Below, one piece after another: positions 37,885-51,200 of a stretch of DNA of 64,000 nucleotides. Each line of letters starts with the position of its first letter. Within the stretch, counting starts at the first letter, position 1. A program made the position numbers and the translations under genes. Origin of the DNA: Callorhinchus milii (taxonomy: Eukaryota); NCBI RefSeq assembly GCF_018977255.1, contig NW_024704743.1, positions 33,172,001-33,236,000 on the forward strand, given 5' to 3'. The notes beneath the pieces were generated by a model. It had not been told where the DNA came from. It did not search any database and saw nothing but the letters and a program-made list of their open reading frames with translations.

Positions 37885-38250
37885 AATTAATTTGCCATTG
37901 GGAACACTGTCTGGAAAGGTTCTCACTGTTTTTCCGGGTAGGACTTTGTTCTGTTAGGGCTTTGGTTTGCAGGGCTAATGGGACCAAGTAGGAAGAATTC
38001 CTGCTCTCATCTGCCCTTCCAAGTCCTGCCGACAATCCAGGCTACCTCGTCAGTGCCTTGGAGTACCGTGGATCCCCTGGCTCAGGGAAGAGACTGCTGA
38101 GACCACCAGAGGGTTGACTCCATTCTGACATTACAATGACAAGCATGTACATCACCCTGGAGCCAACTCAGCTTTAAGGAAATCGATTTATCTCAGCTCC
38201 AAAGAGGCCCCACTTACCTTGTTCTCTCTCCCGCCTGGAAGAATAGCCCC
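37885..38250 (+). repeat. Unclassified repeat, 3' part
   Basis: GGGCTTTGGTTTGCAGGGCTAA...CACTTACCT matches the 3' half of 19335-19921. Confidence 0.72.
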
Positions 38251-38479
38251 AATTGCTGCCTCATGGAGATGAGCACAGACCAGGTTACCCAATCTGCATG
38301 CACTAGTCCTGGTTTGGGCAGTGGTTTTACCTACTAGACAGACAATGGAACCAAACGACTGTATGAATTTAGAGCACTTATTCCGACATACACATTTCAC
38401 TAAAGAAGCTTATTGTTTTTCTAATTCAGGAAAATTAATTCTTATACTGTGTTAACTAAATGTTTTGCCTTTTTTATAG

Positions 38480-38629
38480 GGAGGGATGTCTTTAATCTAT
38501 CTGTGTGTAGAAGATATTTTCAAACTGATCAACTACTTCAGTTTTAACTACTGGCTCTTCATTGGCCTGTCTGTTGCGAGTCTCATCCATATGAGGTGGA
38601 AGTTCCCAGATATACCAAGACCTGTAAAG
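38480..38629 (+). CDS. SLC7A6/SLC7A7-like: y+LAT-like coding exon 7 (150 nt): [50 protein letters not shown]
   Basis: Acceptor ttatag, donor gtatga; TM10 LINYFSF motif. Confidence 0.95.
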
Positions 38630-38851
38630 GTATGAGCGTTACTATCTCTACAACTACAATCATTAAAATACATTACAAAATTACATTTGTATGGCGATAT
38701 TCACGTCGGGAGGATGTTCCAAGGCGCTGAACAGTCAGGGATTAGGACTCGAGTGGGGTGGGGGGTGGGGGGGATCAGGCAGAGTGGAGAGCGGGGCAGG
38801 AGGGTGGCCGGAGGCACGGTCGAAGGGGAGGATCTTGAGATGTGCCTTGAA

Positions 38852-39285
38852 TTCAAGATCCTCATCCTCACCTACAAGGCCATTCACGGCCTTGCTCCCT
38901 CCTACCTTTCCGACCTACTATCCCCCTACTTACCTGCCCGTACCCTCTGTTCCTCTGGCTCCGGTTTGCTCCACATCCCCCGCCCCAACCGCCCTACCAT
39001 CGGTGGTCGGGCCTTCAGCCTCTCAGCCCCGAGGCTCTGGAACTCCATCCCCCAGTGCCTTCGCCTTGCTTCCTCCCTTTCCTCCTTCAAGGCCGGTCTC
39101 AAGACCTTTCTCTTTGACCGTGCCTTCAGCTCCCCTCTTGACTCTCTACCCCCTTCTCGCTCCTCCCTTCCCTCCCCTCCCCCTGACCATTTCCCCCCTG
39201 CTCGGGTCCTGACCCAACTGTCCAGCGCCTTGGGACGTCCTCCCGACATGAAAGGCGCTCCATGAATGGAATCTTGTTGTTGTTG
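38852..39285 (+). mobile_element. Young-looking L2 3' end nested in an antiparallel L2 (about 38670-39455, minus strand)
   Basis: FKILILTYKAIHGLAPSYLSDLL...GGRAFSLSAPRLWNSIP; (TTG)n tail; TTGAA on both sides. Confidence 0.9.
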
Positions 39286-40619
39286 TTGAAGGAGGCAAGG
39301 GAGGGAGCGAGGTGAAGGGAATGTGGGATGTAGTTCCAAGGAGTGGGGACAGAGAGGCTGAAGACGCGACCGCTGATGGTGGGGTGGGACGGGCGGGGAA
39401 CATGAAGCGGGCTGGAGCCTGCTGAGTGGAAGGAGTAGACAGGTTGATAAGGATTTAGAAAAAAATATATTGAATAACAGTGCCAGTTCAGGTGGCGTTA
39501 AGGATCCTGTGGCCCTATTCACAAAGAAAGGGGTGTTTCTCCCCAGTTTTCTGGCTATCAATCACCCATATTTAATTGCTCATCCATTTCAAGACTGATT
39601 GTGGGACATTGCTGTGTGCAAATTGGCTGCTACAGACATGAAATTTTACAGTAAATCCCGTGAAGAGCTTATCTCAACAATGTGATAAGGTGCGATTATC
39701 AAATGCACGAATCATCATTATTAATAATAAAGAATCAAACTGCACTTGAATATTTTTTCAACAGTTGTTTGGAACAATGGCCGTGATTGTTTGCACTCCA
39801 TTTTTAAAATGTATTTTTGGTTTATCCTTCCTATATTTCAATTTGCCTCTTGGCTGTGTGATGTATTGTTTAGTACAGTATACCCAATCTCCAGTCGCTG
39901 GGCGGAGGAGGCTCATGCCCTTGTGATACTGATTAATCCAGTCTCTACCCAAGCTTATTAGTGCAACAACCCACAGCATGTAATGGGCTTTAGCTGCACT
40001 AAAAAAGTGTCAATTCAGTTTTTCCTATTTAATTACTCAGATAAGCACAGCTAGATAACAATAGTGGTTTGATGTAAGGCTATAAACTGCATTATTTACA
40101 ACTTGTCGCTACTCACTGCTGTTTTTTTTCCAAGCCCTGCTGAGTGTTTCTTTTTGTAGTCTCTTGCTGTTTTGTTCTTTGCCTCTCACCCTGCATTGTT
40201 TGTGTCCTGTGTTCTCCAAACCTCCTCCATGCCCATCCCTTCTTAATTCAAGTATCCTTCCTTTTGCGGACTTCCATCCACCCACCAGCCCCCATTGCCC
40301 ATGATCTATTTTGCTTCTGTATAGCTCTACCACCTGACATGTATCTACCTGTTTAGCTGCAATGAATTGCTCCCAGAAGCTTGCAATGTGAGCAACAATT
40401 TTCACATTGTAAAAGGAGACTGAGATCGTCCTGCTTGCCAGTGACATTTCCTGACTCACAATGCGATTGTACAAACCAGCAGATATTCCTTGAGGCACAT
40501 TGGACGGGATAGGGATACAGGAAGCAGGAGAAGAACAAGAGAGTGTCTGTTCTGGAATCTGGGAAATTCTATTGTTCAGGTTTTCCATCCCATGTTACGG
40601 TCAAAAATCTTGCAAAATA

Positions 40620-41070
40620 TAAAGATCACAACATTGGTCTGGATGAAGAAGGCCCTTCGGCCCATCCGATCTCATCCCTCGAAAACACGCACCCTGCCAT
40701 CCCCCCATCACTGCATCAAGCTGTTTTTTAAATGAGTCCAGTGTCCTGGCCTCAACCTGTTCCAGTCATTGATTACCTTCTGCGTAAAGATATACTTCCT
40801 GGTTTCTGTCTTGAAATTGCATCTTACAACTCTAAACCTATGTCATCTTGTTCTACTGTCTCAATACATCCTAAAGTATTAATCTGGGTTTTTCAATCCC
40901 ATTTAAAATTTTCTACACCTCAATAAGGTCCCCTCTGAGTCATCTTCTGTCAAGCCTGCAGAGCCCTAGCTTGTTTAATTTTTGTTCATAACTCATTCCT
41001 CTAACACTGGGGATCACCCTTGTTGCTCTCCTCTGCACCGTCTCCAAGACCTGGGCAGCCCCTTATATTG
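40620..41070 (-). mobile_element. CR1-type LINE 3' end (second family; related pieces near 2196-2300, 9380-9540 and 22420-22540)
   Basis: ggatgaagaaggcccttcggcccatc 3' terminus; reverse complement of an RLRGDLIEV-like coding remnant. Confidence 0.75.
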
Positions 41071-41721
41071 TAGTTCACACTCGAAGGTGTCCAGAGGGCA
41101 TCCAGCACCTACGGGATTGACCCAAACAGAAGCAAAAGGGGCACTACCCTTTAGAAAAGAAAGGGCAGAAGATTGGAATGGACACTTTGTTTTTAAAAAG
41201 TATCCTCTCATCACATGGGAGAAATTCTGAAGCTGCCTTTTTTAATTGAAGCAAATGATTTGTGGAATTATTTTTGTTTAATTTTGAGAGCAATTTGAGA
41301 GGTCCTCCTGTGGTGAAAAACTCCATGTAAATGTGTATTGTGTTTAGTTTATCAGAGATGCACAACTTTGAGTCATAGAAAAGATGTGGGGGAGCACTGC
41401 AGTATTTAAAAAGTAGTCTAATTTTTGGTATTAACAGGATTCCCTGATAAAGGATTCCTTTAATAAGGGTCATTGGAAAATCCCTTAATGGGGAATTCAA
41501 CTTGCACAAGCTCAGTCTAGTAACTCGAGCACGTCACGGCATCTCGCAGGCACTCTTGCTCTGTTCCGATGTTCCTCCAGAGCGAAGTTCCCGCACATTG
41601 ACCTGAATTATAACAAGACTCCTTCAGTTAAGGAAAACTCAAATTAGAGCCCAATATTATTTTTTTGTATCTGCAAAGTTCCTCCTCATCATCTGCCGCT
41701 TGTGTTTTTATCTCTTCTCAG

Positions 41722-41905
41722 CTCAGCTTGTTCTTCCCCATTGTGTACTGCATGTGCAGCATTTTTCTCGTGGTGATGCCTCTTTACAGCGACACCTATA
41801 ACTCACTGGTTGGGATTGCGGTCGCTCTCTCAGGGGCCCCAGTTTATTTCTTCTGTGTGTACCTCCCACCTCAGAAACGACCAAAGTGTCTTAAGAAATA
41901 TTTAG
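41722..41905 (+). CDS. SLC7A6/SLC7A7-like: y+LAT-like coding exon 8 (184 nt): LSLFFPIVYCMCSIFLVVMPLYSDTYNSLVGIAVALSGAPVYFFCVYLPPQKRPKCLKKYL
   Basis: Acceptor tctcag, donor gtaagt; TM11-12 homology. Confidence 0.95.
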
Positions 41906-42302
41906 GTAAGTTTCTCAGATCATGGGTGTTCTTTTTATGTGATTGTAGCACAAAGCTTTGCATCCAGTCTGCTTGAGATAGGTGTATAATTAATTGAAGC
42001 GCTTGCAGACGTTAGTTAGCCTGTGTGAAAAGCACTGTATAAATGTGCGTTGTTGTCGTTTATCTGGCTGCCAGTCAGTGCAAAAGACTCTTGGATGTGT
42101 GTTCTTGCATGAATAGTTCCATTTGTCCAAACAAAAATATCCAAACTACATATCTAAATACTAGTATAGCTGCTAGTAGATGCAAAGTAATATGTAGCAC
42201 CAAACATTGATCATTGTCAATGTTTCTGACTATATTTGATGATGAATGGTGGTCGTCTCACATGGGATTGAAACTTTTTAACTGTTTGTTTGATTTTCCT
42301 AG

Positions 42303-42373
42303 ATATCTTTTCTGAATACGTCCAAAAGATATCCTTGTGCTGTCTAACAGAAGAAAGTGAGAAGGAATGGTAA
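42303..42373 (+). CDS. SLC7A6/SLC7A7-like: y+LAT-like last coding exon: DIFSEYVQKISLCCLTEESEKEW*
   Basis: Acceptor ttcctag in phase 1; QKISLCCLTE resembles y+LAT2 QQLCFCVLTE; TAA at 42371-42373; joined CDS is 1446 nt (divisible by 3). Confidence 0.88.
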
Positions 42374-42894
42374 CCAAAAATCTACACAAAGACTGGTCCA
42401 AAAAAGGATGCAACACATGGTTCATGTAGAAACCCATCTCGGTTTTAGTTATTCAAAAGGACCCGTCATGGGACATTTATCTGGTACATTTAAAACTTGA
42501 CAATCAAAATGCTGGAACTTCCAACGACTGGAATATTTTGTGTTGTTAATCCAGTTTGAGAAGAAAATACTCTTAAAGCAGATGAACCTTTACGTTCATT
42601 AAATTCTGACTCTGTCTAGTCTGTAGTGGTCTCATCTAGTCCGTAACTGTCTATAGCTATTAGCATTTTTTTAATGGGTTTCCTTTAATTGGTATCTGGT
42701 CTTGGCAAATTACTGAGGAAAAGTACATAGTGTCATCGCTGCATAAGCTGCAGATATCACAGGGAAGGACCTACTGTAGCAAATGTTCCTTAGGATAAAA
42801 TGTTAATCTGAGAAAGCAAGTTATGTTTCTGTTATGTGGCTCTAATTTGCCTGTTGTTCAGTGTGGGGACAAATTTATAATCTAAATTCAACTC

Positions 42895-43150
42895 TGCTCC
42901 TACGCTGAGCTGATATAAATGTCCTGAATGACATTGAGTGTCACTTTGTGTGTGTCACTCACATGTTGCACACAATATTCTAGGTACAGTCTCACCAACA
43001 CTTTATACAGTTGCAGCAAGATTTCCCTACTCTTGTATTCTAACCCTTTTGCAATAAACTCCAACATGGCATTAGCCTTCCTAGTTGCTTGCTGTACCTG
43101 CATACTAACTTTTTGTGACTGGTGTACAAGGACACCCAAATCCCTCTGAA
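42895..43150 (-). mobile_element. CR1 LINE fragment
   Basis: GVLVHQSQKVSMQVQQA..KANAML..LYKVLVRLYLEYCVQ. Confidence 0.85.
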
Positions 43151-43742
43151 CTGTCCTAGAAGGACGTAGATCAGAATCACCAGTCTAAGATGTGTAGGTA
43201 AGCACCACCCAATGTAGTGGATAGAAATTCTCATCCTCATTTGAATAGTTAGTGGAAGCAGAATAGGAAGCAAGAACAAGTAGCGAGAGATGGGATGGTA
43301 GAAAAAAGGAACAAGCACCATCATGGTAAGAGACGGGAACTTGCACCAATAAAATACAGTTTACATTTATACAGTGACTTTCATGTCGAGAGGATGTCTC
43401 AAAGCACCAGCTCAAGACAGCATGCTTGTTTTCAAGTTTTCTGGGGAAAATCTGGATTCCACACTTGAATTGGATTTCCTGGTTCTGTGAACTGTTTCTG
43501 TAGTAGTAAGCATTTGGATTGTTCACACTTGTTTTTTTTAAAAAAAGCCAAAGTAAGCACATGGTCCTCAACTTTCTATCTCAACCACAGCAAGTATTGC
43601 CAATAGATGTTTTAATGTGGGGCACTTCCTCTCCATGCTCCTCCCTTTCCTCATTTGTGTGGTCTATTAATTTTGCTTGATTTTTTTGAATAATATTCTG
43701 GCTGCCTAGTGGTGGATTTCTGATCCTTGGCTTCCTGAGGGG

Positions 43743-44358
43743 AATCATAGAGTCGTACAGCACAAAAAGAGGCCATTCGACCCATCGAGTCTGTGCCGGC
43801 TCTTTGAAAAGAGCAATGTAATGTCAATCCCACTCCGCAGCCCTTTCTCCATAACCCTGCAGATCCGTCCTCCTCAAATACCAGTTTTTAAAAGTTGCTA
43901 TCAAATTAGCCTCTACCACCCTTTCAGGCAATGCGTTTCAGATTCGAACAACTCGCTGCGTGAAAAAATTATTCTCACCTCCCCTCTGCTTCTTTTAGAG
44001 ACTATTTTAAATCTGTGACTTCAAGTCACTGACACACCCACCAGTGGAACCAGTTTTTCCCTTTCTAACCTCTCAAATCCCTTCATGGTTTTGAAGACCT
44101 CTATTGGGTCTCCTCGCAACCTTCTCTGCTCCAATGAGAATAATCCCAGCCTCTCGAGCCTTTCCTCATAATCAAGGTCCCTCATTCCTGGTACCATCCT
44201 CGTAAATCTCCTCTACACCCTTCCCAACGCCTTGACATCCTTCCTATAGTGTGGTGCCCAGAACTGGGCGCAGTATTCTAACTGAGGCTAACCAGTGTTT
44301 TATATAGATTAATCATAACCTCCTGACTCTTGTACTTTATGCCCCTATTTATAAAACC
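43743..44358 (-). mobile_element. CR1 LINE 3' end
   Basis: GFINRGIKYKSQEVMINLYKTLV; 3' terminus gaatcatagagtcgtacagcac. Confidence 0.88.
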
Positions 44359-44893
44359 TTTTTTTTTCTTTCTTAAGGAAAATTGCATCAGTTTTGGGGA
44401 AGGGAAGAAGACTTGCAACCATCCGTCCCTGCTGTTATTAGAAATAAATTCACACAGACAGAATTCACTGTTAGAAATCTGCAATATCAGTGCAGTAATA
44501 TTAGATAATGGGTGCCTGCTAGTCGATATCCATACTTGCTACTGTACCATTTCTTACCTGTTTCCTCTCTTTTCTGTTAGCCTCTCTTTTTCAGTACAAA
44601 TCCTGTTCAGGGTTACACATACCCCCTTTGGCAATGCACGACTATATGTGAAATTCTGTTATGTCAGACACTAAGGACCCAGATGTATCGCTGACTGGAG
44701 GTTTTCCCCCTTTATTGGAATACTGTAAATGGTACTTCAAAATATTGCCACTAGATGATGCTGTGTCAGAACAGTTTTGAAATGTGTACCTCTGCAGGAT
44801 TTTTCAATGCTGGATAGAAAACTGTCCTCACAATTACTTAATGCAATGTTTATTCTATAATGTTACACTATTACATGCTGTAGTTTTGCCTCA

Positions 44894-44899
44894 AATAAA
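44894..44899 (+). promoter_or_regulatory. Candidate polyadenylation signal of the y+LAT-like gene
   Basis: AATAAA in unique T/A-rich sequence ~2.5 kb after the stop; not confirmed, and other AATAAA/ATTAAA hexamers occur earlier. Confidence 0.35.
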
Positions 44900-45246
44900 G
44901 GTTTAAACACACACAATTGTTTAGCACTCACTGTTTGGCTGAGTAAAGTGATGAGAAAGTTAACAATACTAATCCTTGCATATGTTATAGTACTTTATCA
45001 CATTGTCAAGACATCTCAAAGCATTTTGAAGGATATTCTGTAAAGTGGTGTGACTATGTATATTTTGTGGGCAATGTAAGTATAAGAACATGTTCTCAGG
45101 TGTTTACCTGAGAGAGTCAAGATTTATGGTGTGCCAATAGACTATTAATAATAGACTGTTCCAGCGAGTAATGTAGAGGATTTGACACCACAGGACAGCA
45201 AACCGAGACTGGTGAGAGGCCTGATTCAGTTTGCGCAAGGACACAA

Positions 45247-45282
<36 letters not shown>
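45247..45282. repeat. (GA)n microsatellite
   Basis: Visible directly. Confidence 0.95.
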
Positions 45283-45283
<1 letters not shown>

Positions 45284-48200
45284 AATATTTTTGCAGCAAC
45301 TTTTCACATCAAAATGTGACTTAACAGGAATTATTGTCAGGTGTAGTGCCCCCAACAATAGTTTTATAGTGTGTCATGTTTCATTGATTACATTCATACG
45401 TTTAGAGCTTCTAACTTTGAAAAAATACGGCGGCGTCTTGCCTCTTTTAAGAAGCTTTAAGGGAACTAGCAGGCAGAAAGTAAGGCTCTTTTCTTCATGC
45501 AGCCATTGAAAACAAAGAGCTCCTGTATTAATTTATAATGATCAAATGTTTGGGGGAAATTTGCAAATGGTTTGGGAGGTAATCCTGACATTTAATTTTT
45601 TTTACATATGAAATTTTTTTTATGGAAAACCATAGAGAACAATCTTACAATTCTCTCGCTCTCTTTATATATATATATATGAATATATGTATGTATCTGT
45701 GTGTGTGTAAATATGAAAGTACTGTATACTGTGTTTGTATGTGCGTTCAAATCATTAAAAAAGAAGGAAACCATTCAGCCTATGTTGGGGTCAGCTCGCC
45801 CCTGGAGATGATCACAGTGTTCCAAATTCCCACAGATCATTTTATATTATTCCTATTAAAATGTTTGTCTAACTCCTAATGTCTATGTGTATACAGATTA
45901 TGTATGTCTTTGTGTGTATTGTGAATATATCTTTATATGTGTATGTGTGCATTTTGCCCATAAAATACAGTCAATCAATTTCACAGTATATGTTGTGAAG
46001 AACTTTGACGATGTCATAAGGCACTGTATCAAATACAAAGATTATTATTATATAATTTGTGTGAATGCATATAAGTCTTGTTATTTTCACTTGTAAAGTT
46101 ATTTAACTTGATAAATTTTGAAAGGCAACAGCTTTCAGCATTTTATTGATCTTGAATGATCTTAAACGTGGAACACTCTCCCTCTCCCCCTTTTCAGGTC
46201 CCGTCTGAAAATCTACCTTTTCGACCATACTTACAGTCACCTACCCCCCTCCCTTCCAGCTCAGAGTCAGGTTCCGCCACTGTTAAGCACTCTGGGACAC
46301 TGCCCTGCGTGGAGGGCGCTATATAAGTGTAAGTTATTGTTATTTGTTGTTGAGTGTCAGAGCTTTTGATGAACCTGTTTGAGTGCTTTCCACAATCCTC
46401 GCTCCAGCTAATATTCCACAGAGAATTGAACTGCAAGCGATGCTGTCAAGAGATGAAGCTTGGCTCTGGTTCTCTAACCAGACTGAATGGCAGAGCTGCA
46501 GAGCAGACGGTGCTGTGGGAAACCTTTCAAATGTGATCTCCAACAACAAAGCCTTTAAACCTAAAATCTGTTACCTCTTAAAAAGCTCTGAGGTAGAGTA
46601 GAAACAGCCAACATATTCTCCCAGAAACCCAACCACTTCATCATACTTGCTGCTTTGGAGACTGGACATTATTTTTCTTCAGAAAGAGCAATTCACCAGA
46701 AAGGTCTTGAAGTATCTTGCCACAGCAGGTGTCTCTATCTGCCTCCAAACTAATGGACGTGTGAGTGATCTGCTCATAGAAGAGATCTGATTCAGCCCTT
46801 GTGTACTTGCATCATCTGCAATTAAAGGGGAAGGTGTACTAGACAGATGATCAGGCCTATTGACATCTATAGCTTATTTGTAGGTTTACCTATCTTCCAG
46901 TGAAGTTTATATCTATGAGCAGGGTTTGCAAGTTTTGCCTTTTCTGTGACGGTCTCTGAATGTGCAGTAAAACTGCTTTAATCTGACACAAGTCCATGTA
47001 AGATTCTATGCAGTCCTCTGCGTGATCCCTTTGTTATTCTCTTCAAAGTGGAAATGTGTGGGATTCAGGGGCTCTCCACACCTACAGCTGGGTTCTTCAG
47101 TACTGTTTGAAGCTGTGCTTTGGTTGGCACATATCAATAAAACTTTTTACAGGATCCTGAAAACTTTTTTGGGTTTGAAACATGGTTGAAGTGGGATTAA
47201 AAGGCTCTGAGTTTGAATCGGGGCAGAATTCATATTAGCTTTTGGGAGGAAACCTTTTAAGATTTTGTAAATTGATAACTTGTCATTTCCAGAGAAAAGG
47301 GCTCAGCAACTAGTTATCTTGAGAGGCTAGTTAGGCAAGTCCCTCACGGGCCACAAGTGGATGGTGTGACTGGTACAGGTGATCTGCACAGGTTGGTGTA
47401 GTGACTGTATATACCTCCCCTCCCTTCCCCCTCCCCCCCACCCGATCCCAGTTTGGGTCTGAAATGCTGTACTCTGTCCAGCGCCTTGAGACTGCGCTGT
47501 ACAAATGTAATCTTGTTGTTGTATATGGCAGTTTATCATGCATTTTTCCACCAAGATCGGTAAAATTCCTGACTGATGATCAAAGGATTCTGTTTACAAT
47601 TGTGTTTAAATCTGTATTCACGTCAGCGGTAGAGAATTACTAACCACATATCCTGCTGACGAGAGGCCCATGATACACTTCAGTAGATAACCCTTCTCTT
47701 GTATCTAAATCAATAATTGATAACTTCTTTAAAACAAAACTCTCTTCCAAGAATAGAATGTCATCAGTGACTGAAGCAGAGTACAGGGTATAACATGAGA
47801 GGGTTGTGGTGTCTCTTCAGTATTATAAACACTTCCAAGCCTTTTTCTAGTAATATAAAAAATAATAATCCCTCAAGGAAAACAACTAATAAATTGGTCA
47901 CTTCACTCCCCGACTTTCTCTAGGACACTCCTATGCACAATTGGCTGCCGCGTTTCTCTCACAAATATACAGTTAATTCACTTTACAGTACATTCTGTGA
48001 AGCTCTTTGAGACGTCCAGAAGACGTGAAAAGCGCTATATCGAATGCAAGGATTATTATTTTATATATGCTGGAATGGGTTTGTTTTAATGGGATAATAT
48101 TCACGTGGACAAGCAGATCAGTAAAGCTGACATACAGGCAGTTATTGTATTCTCAAAGTACTCTGGAGAACTCAGGCCCCTGCTACTGTTTTGACTGATG

Positions 48201-51200
48201 ATGGCAGTCTCTGTAAGTAGATTACATAAATAGCAGTAAACAACCAACTCAAGTGTGTTAAAGCGCCTGAATGCTGCACACACAGGTTGTTTTGGTAAAC
48301 ATGGAAGCATTATATAATCTTATAAGATCAGAAACGGCAGTCAACATTTGTTTTTGTTTGTACCCTTGGACTTGCATTTATTTTTAAAATGTAGCGGGGG
48401 CATAAGGATCAGCAGATCGAAAGAGTACAGATACTTTTCCTCATTCAGCATCCTGCACAATACAGGGATTAGCCGAATTTAGCTTTGGGGAGTATGGCTA
48501 TGGATGCAGGCCATTAAACACATGTTTGTTGACTGTCTTTTTTCCACCTATTTATGATCGTCTTCCCTACGGCTGTTGGAGCTGCTCCTTCCCCTGTTGC
48601 AGGAGTGGAGGTTTAACACTGTTCTTGCAGTAAGAACTCGCTCATTAATTGTTCGCTGTTTTCTAACAACGGAAACAGTTGGTTTCTTGTTCTACTTTGT
48701 GAAGATATCATCTAGTTTTTGTGATAGTAGCGGGCGAGACTGACCGCAGCCTTGGGAGCCCATTCTTCAAGAGAGAATATTTTGTGGGATTCAGAACAAA
48801 GCAGCTTGTAAATAAATGGCGGGTGGGTGGGGGTGTAGTCTGCTGTCATAGAGAGTACCTCTCCAGTCAGACATACAGGTGCCTGAGAGGAGGTTGGTTC
48901 CCTTCACAGGAAGTTTCACAAGTGTTCTTGTCGTATATTCTCCAAACAGCCATGATGTGAATGGGGAAGCCAGGACATATTGTAAATATAAAACAACTTG
49001 ATGCAGCACTGTCAAGCCCCCCCCCCACAGCACAGTCTGACTTTGAGCCAGGGGGAGAGGGTGAAGGGATGTGACGGTAATGCGCGATCAAAAAGGAAGG
49101 TCTGAAAACAGGCAGACAGAACTCTGGTTTCAAAAGAAAAATCTTATGTTCTAACTTCTCACCAAAGGTACAACACATCAAGCAATATAGTTTTCCGGAG
49201 TACAGACAGCACTTCCAACAATGGAGTGCAGTGGAGTGTGAGTCTAGATGAGGAACTCAAGCCCTGACTTGGTGCTGGAACCCACAACCTTCTGACTCAG
49301 AGGCAAGAATGCTACTAACTGATCTGACAGTACTGAGATTACCGGGATAGGTCAGACTAAGACGAAGAAATAGTGCATGGCACACAAGGCCCTGGTGTCT
49401 GTTGGAAAAGGAGCGTGTTGTCTGGGGAGCAAACACTCCATTGAACATGATGAATTCTGTTCTACTGGGGACACAGGAACACTTTTAGTGAGAGGAAGCA
49501 AGCTAGGGCCAGAGTTGAAGTTTGGAGATGTGGAGATGGATAAATATTCTGGAGCTTTAGCTTGAATTTCCTTTGGGGAGTATTATCTACACAATACTTA
49601 TCTCAGGAAACAGAATGAGATGGAGTCCGCTCTAGCACTGGTTTGGTTAGTGGATGGAAGGAGCAGGTTTGATGGGCCGAATGGCATTTTTCTATCTTGT
49701 TTGTCATTTTCCCAAGTTGGTGAGGTATTTTGAACCCTTTCATTGATATCATAATAACCTTTGCATTTGATATAGCGCCTAGTCAAGTCATCATTGAGGC
49801 ACTTCACATGAACCACTGTGACTGTATATAGTATTTGTAACTACAGTAATACGGGATTCAACAGGTTTCTGTCACAGTTTTAACACTGAATAACACTTAG
49901 TAAGCATTATTTAATGTTTTTCAGAGGAAACAAGTGCACATTAAATCTATTGGTGAGTGAGGGAAGGAATGTTTTGTAACACTGCATTGTGCCTAGCTGT
50001 AACTCTGGGCTTGATAGTTATTCAGGGCACACAGTAAATAAACTGCTGTGCACTGTCTGGAACCACTGATGGCACTGTAGGAAAGATGAAAGGCAGCATT
50101 GTTTTCTGTCTTTTGTAAATGCACCAGATCTAGTTTAGATCACATTTCAAGTTCATTCCGCTCAACAGAGCCGAACCCACAGCAAATGGCGGGTCAGTGA
50201 TGGAAGTAATGCAGCTCATTACGAGCAACTGATGGAAGAAATTACGTCCTACTCTCATGCATAAAACATTAACCTAAAGAATGAGAGAGGGCCAATGCAT
50301 ATTTAGTATCACTGCTGCTAAACATGCTGAACACTCTTTGTAAATACTTCAAATGTACGCTGGATTTTGTGTCAATTTAAATGCATCAAAGACAGATTTG
50401 GCAAAAACGTGATGTTTCTGGAACAATCGGTTTATCTCCTACTCTGAATTGTATTATTCTCCAAGGCTATGGATCTGTCTCAGCGTTTATATTGGATTAG
50501 GCACAGACTTTGGAGGAACCGAATGAACAGGCGACAGTGCAACAGTGAGTATATCACAGCTTTGGTGGAAGTGTGTGAGGTTTGACAAACATAACAGCTT
50601 CATGTTAAGATCTTGTACAGTAATTCGGAAATTCAGTGGGCCATTTGGAAGATTCTCGCATTAATAGATTCAGGTTACCACTTATTTTGCTTCCAGACCA
50701 GAGGATTCAACATCACTTTGATGTGTCCTTAACACAATTGCTTGCTGCTACTAAAGCCATCTACAGATACAATTAAGGAAGCAGTAATATGGGTATTTGA
50801 AACTTAATTACTCTAAATTCATTTCTAATGCAGTTTTATTACTGCAATTAGCTTTGCATCAATACGCTTCATTTTTTACATGAGTTTCCAAAATGAAATG
50901 AGCATTTGAATTTTACTGCTACATTGCAAGTTACCATAAGATAATATCAATGATGTTTTGCTCTCATTCTATGTGCAAATGGACCTATTTTGTGTTAAAT
51001 TTCATTGATGTGGTACTCTGAATGGCTGACTGGGCAAAGTTGTATCTGCAACTCTCTTATGTGGAGAAACTACCCTGTGCATTTTTATCTTCAAAAGCCA
51101 ATGAATGTCTTAAGTGCTCTGAGACGCAACTTGCGTGAAGTCACTATACAAATGCAAGTTGTTGTTGTGTTGTTAAATGTATTAATAAATGCAGCAATTA

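Noticed and set aside
38687..39561. Overlapping ORFs of 173-211 aa
   Set aside because: Nested L2 fragments.
41717..41726. Tandem acceptor CTCAG CTCAG
   Set aside because: The second AG would shift the frame; only the first gives the expected 184-nt exon.
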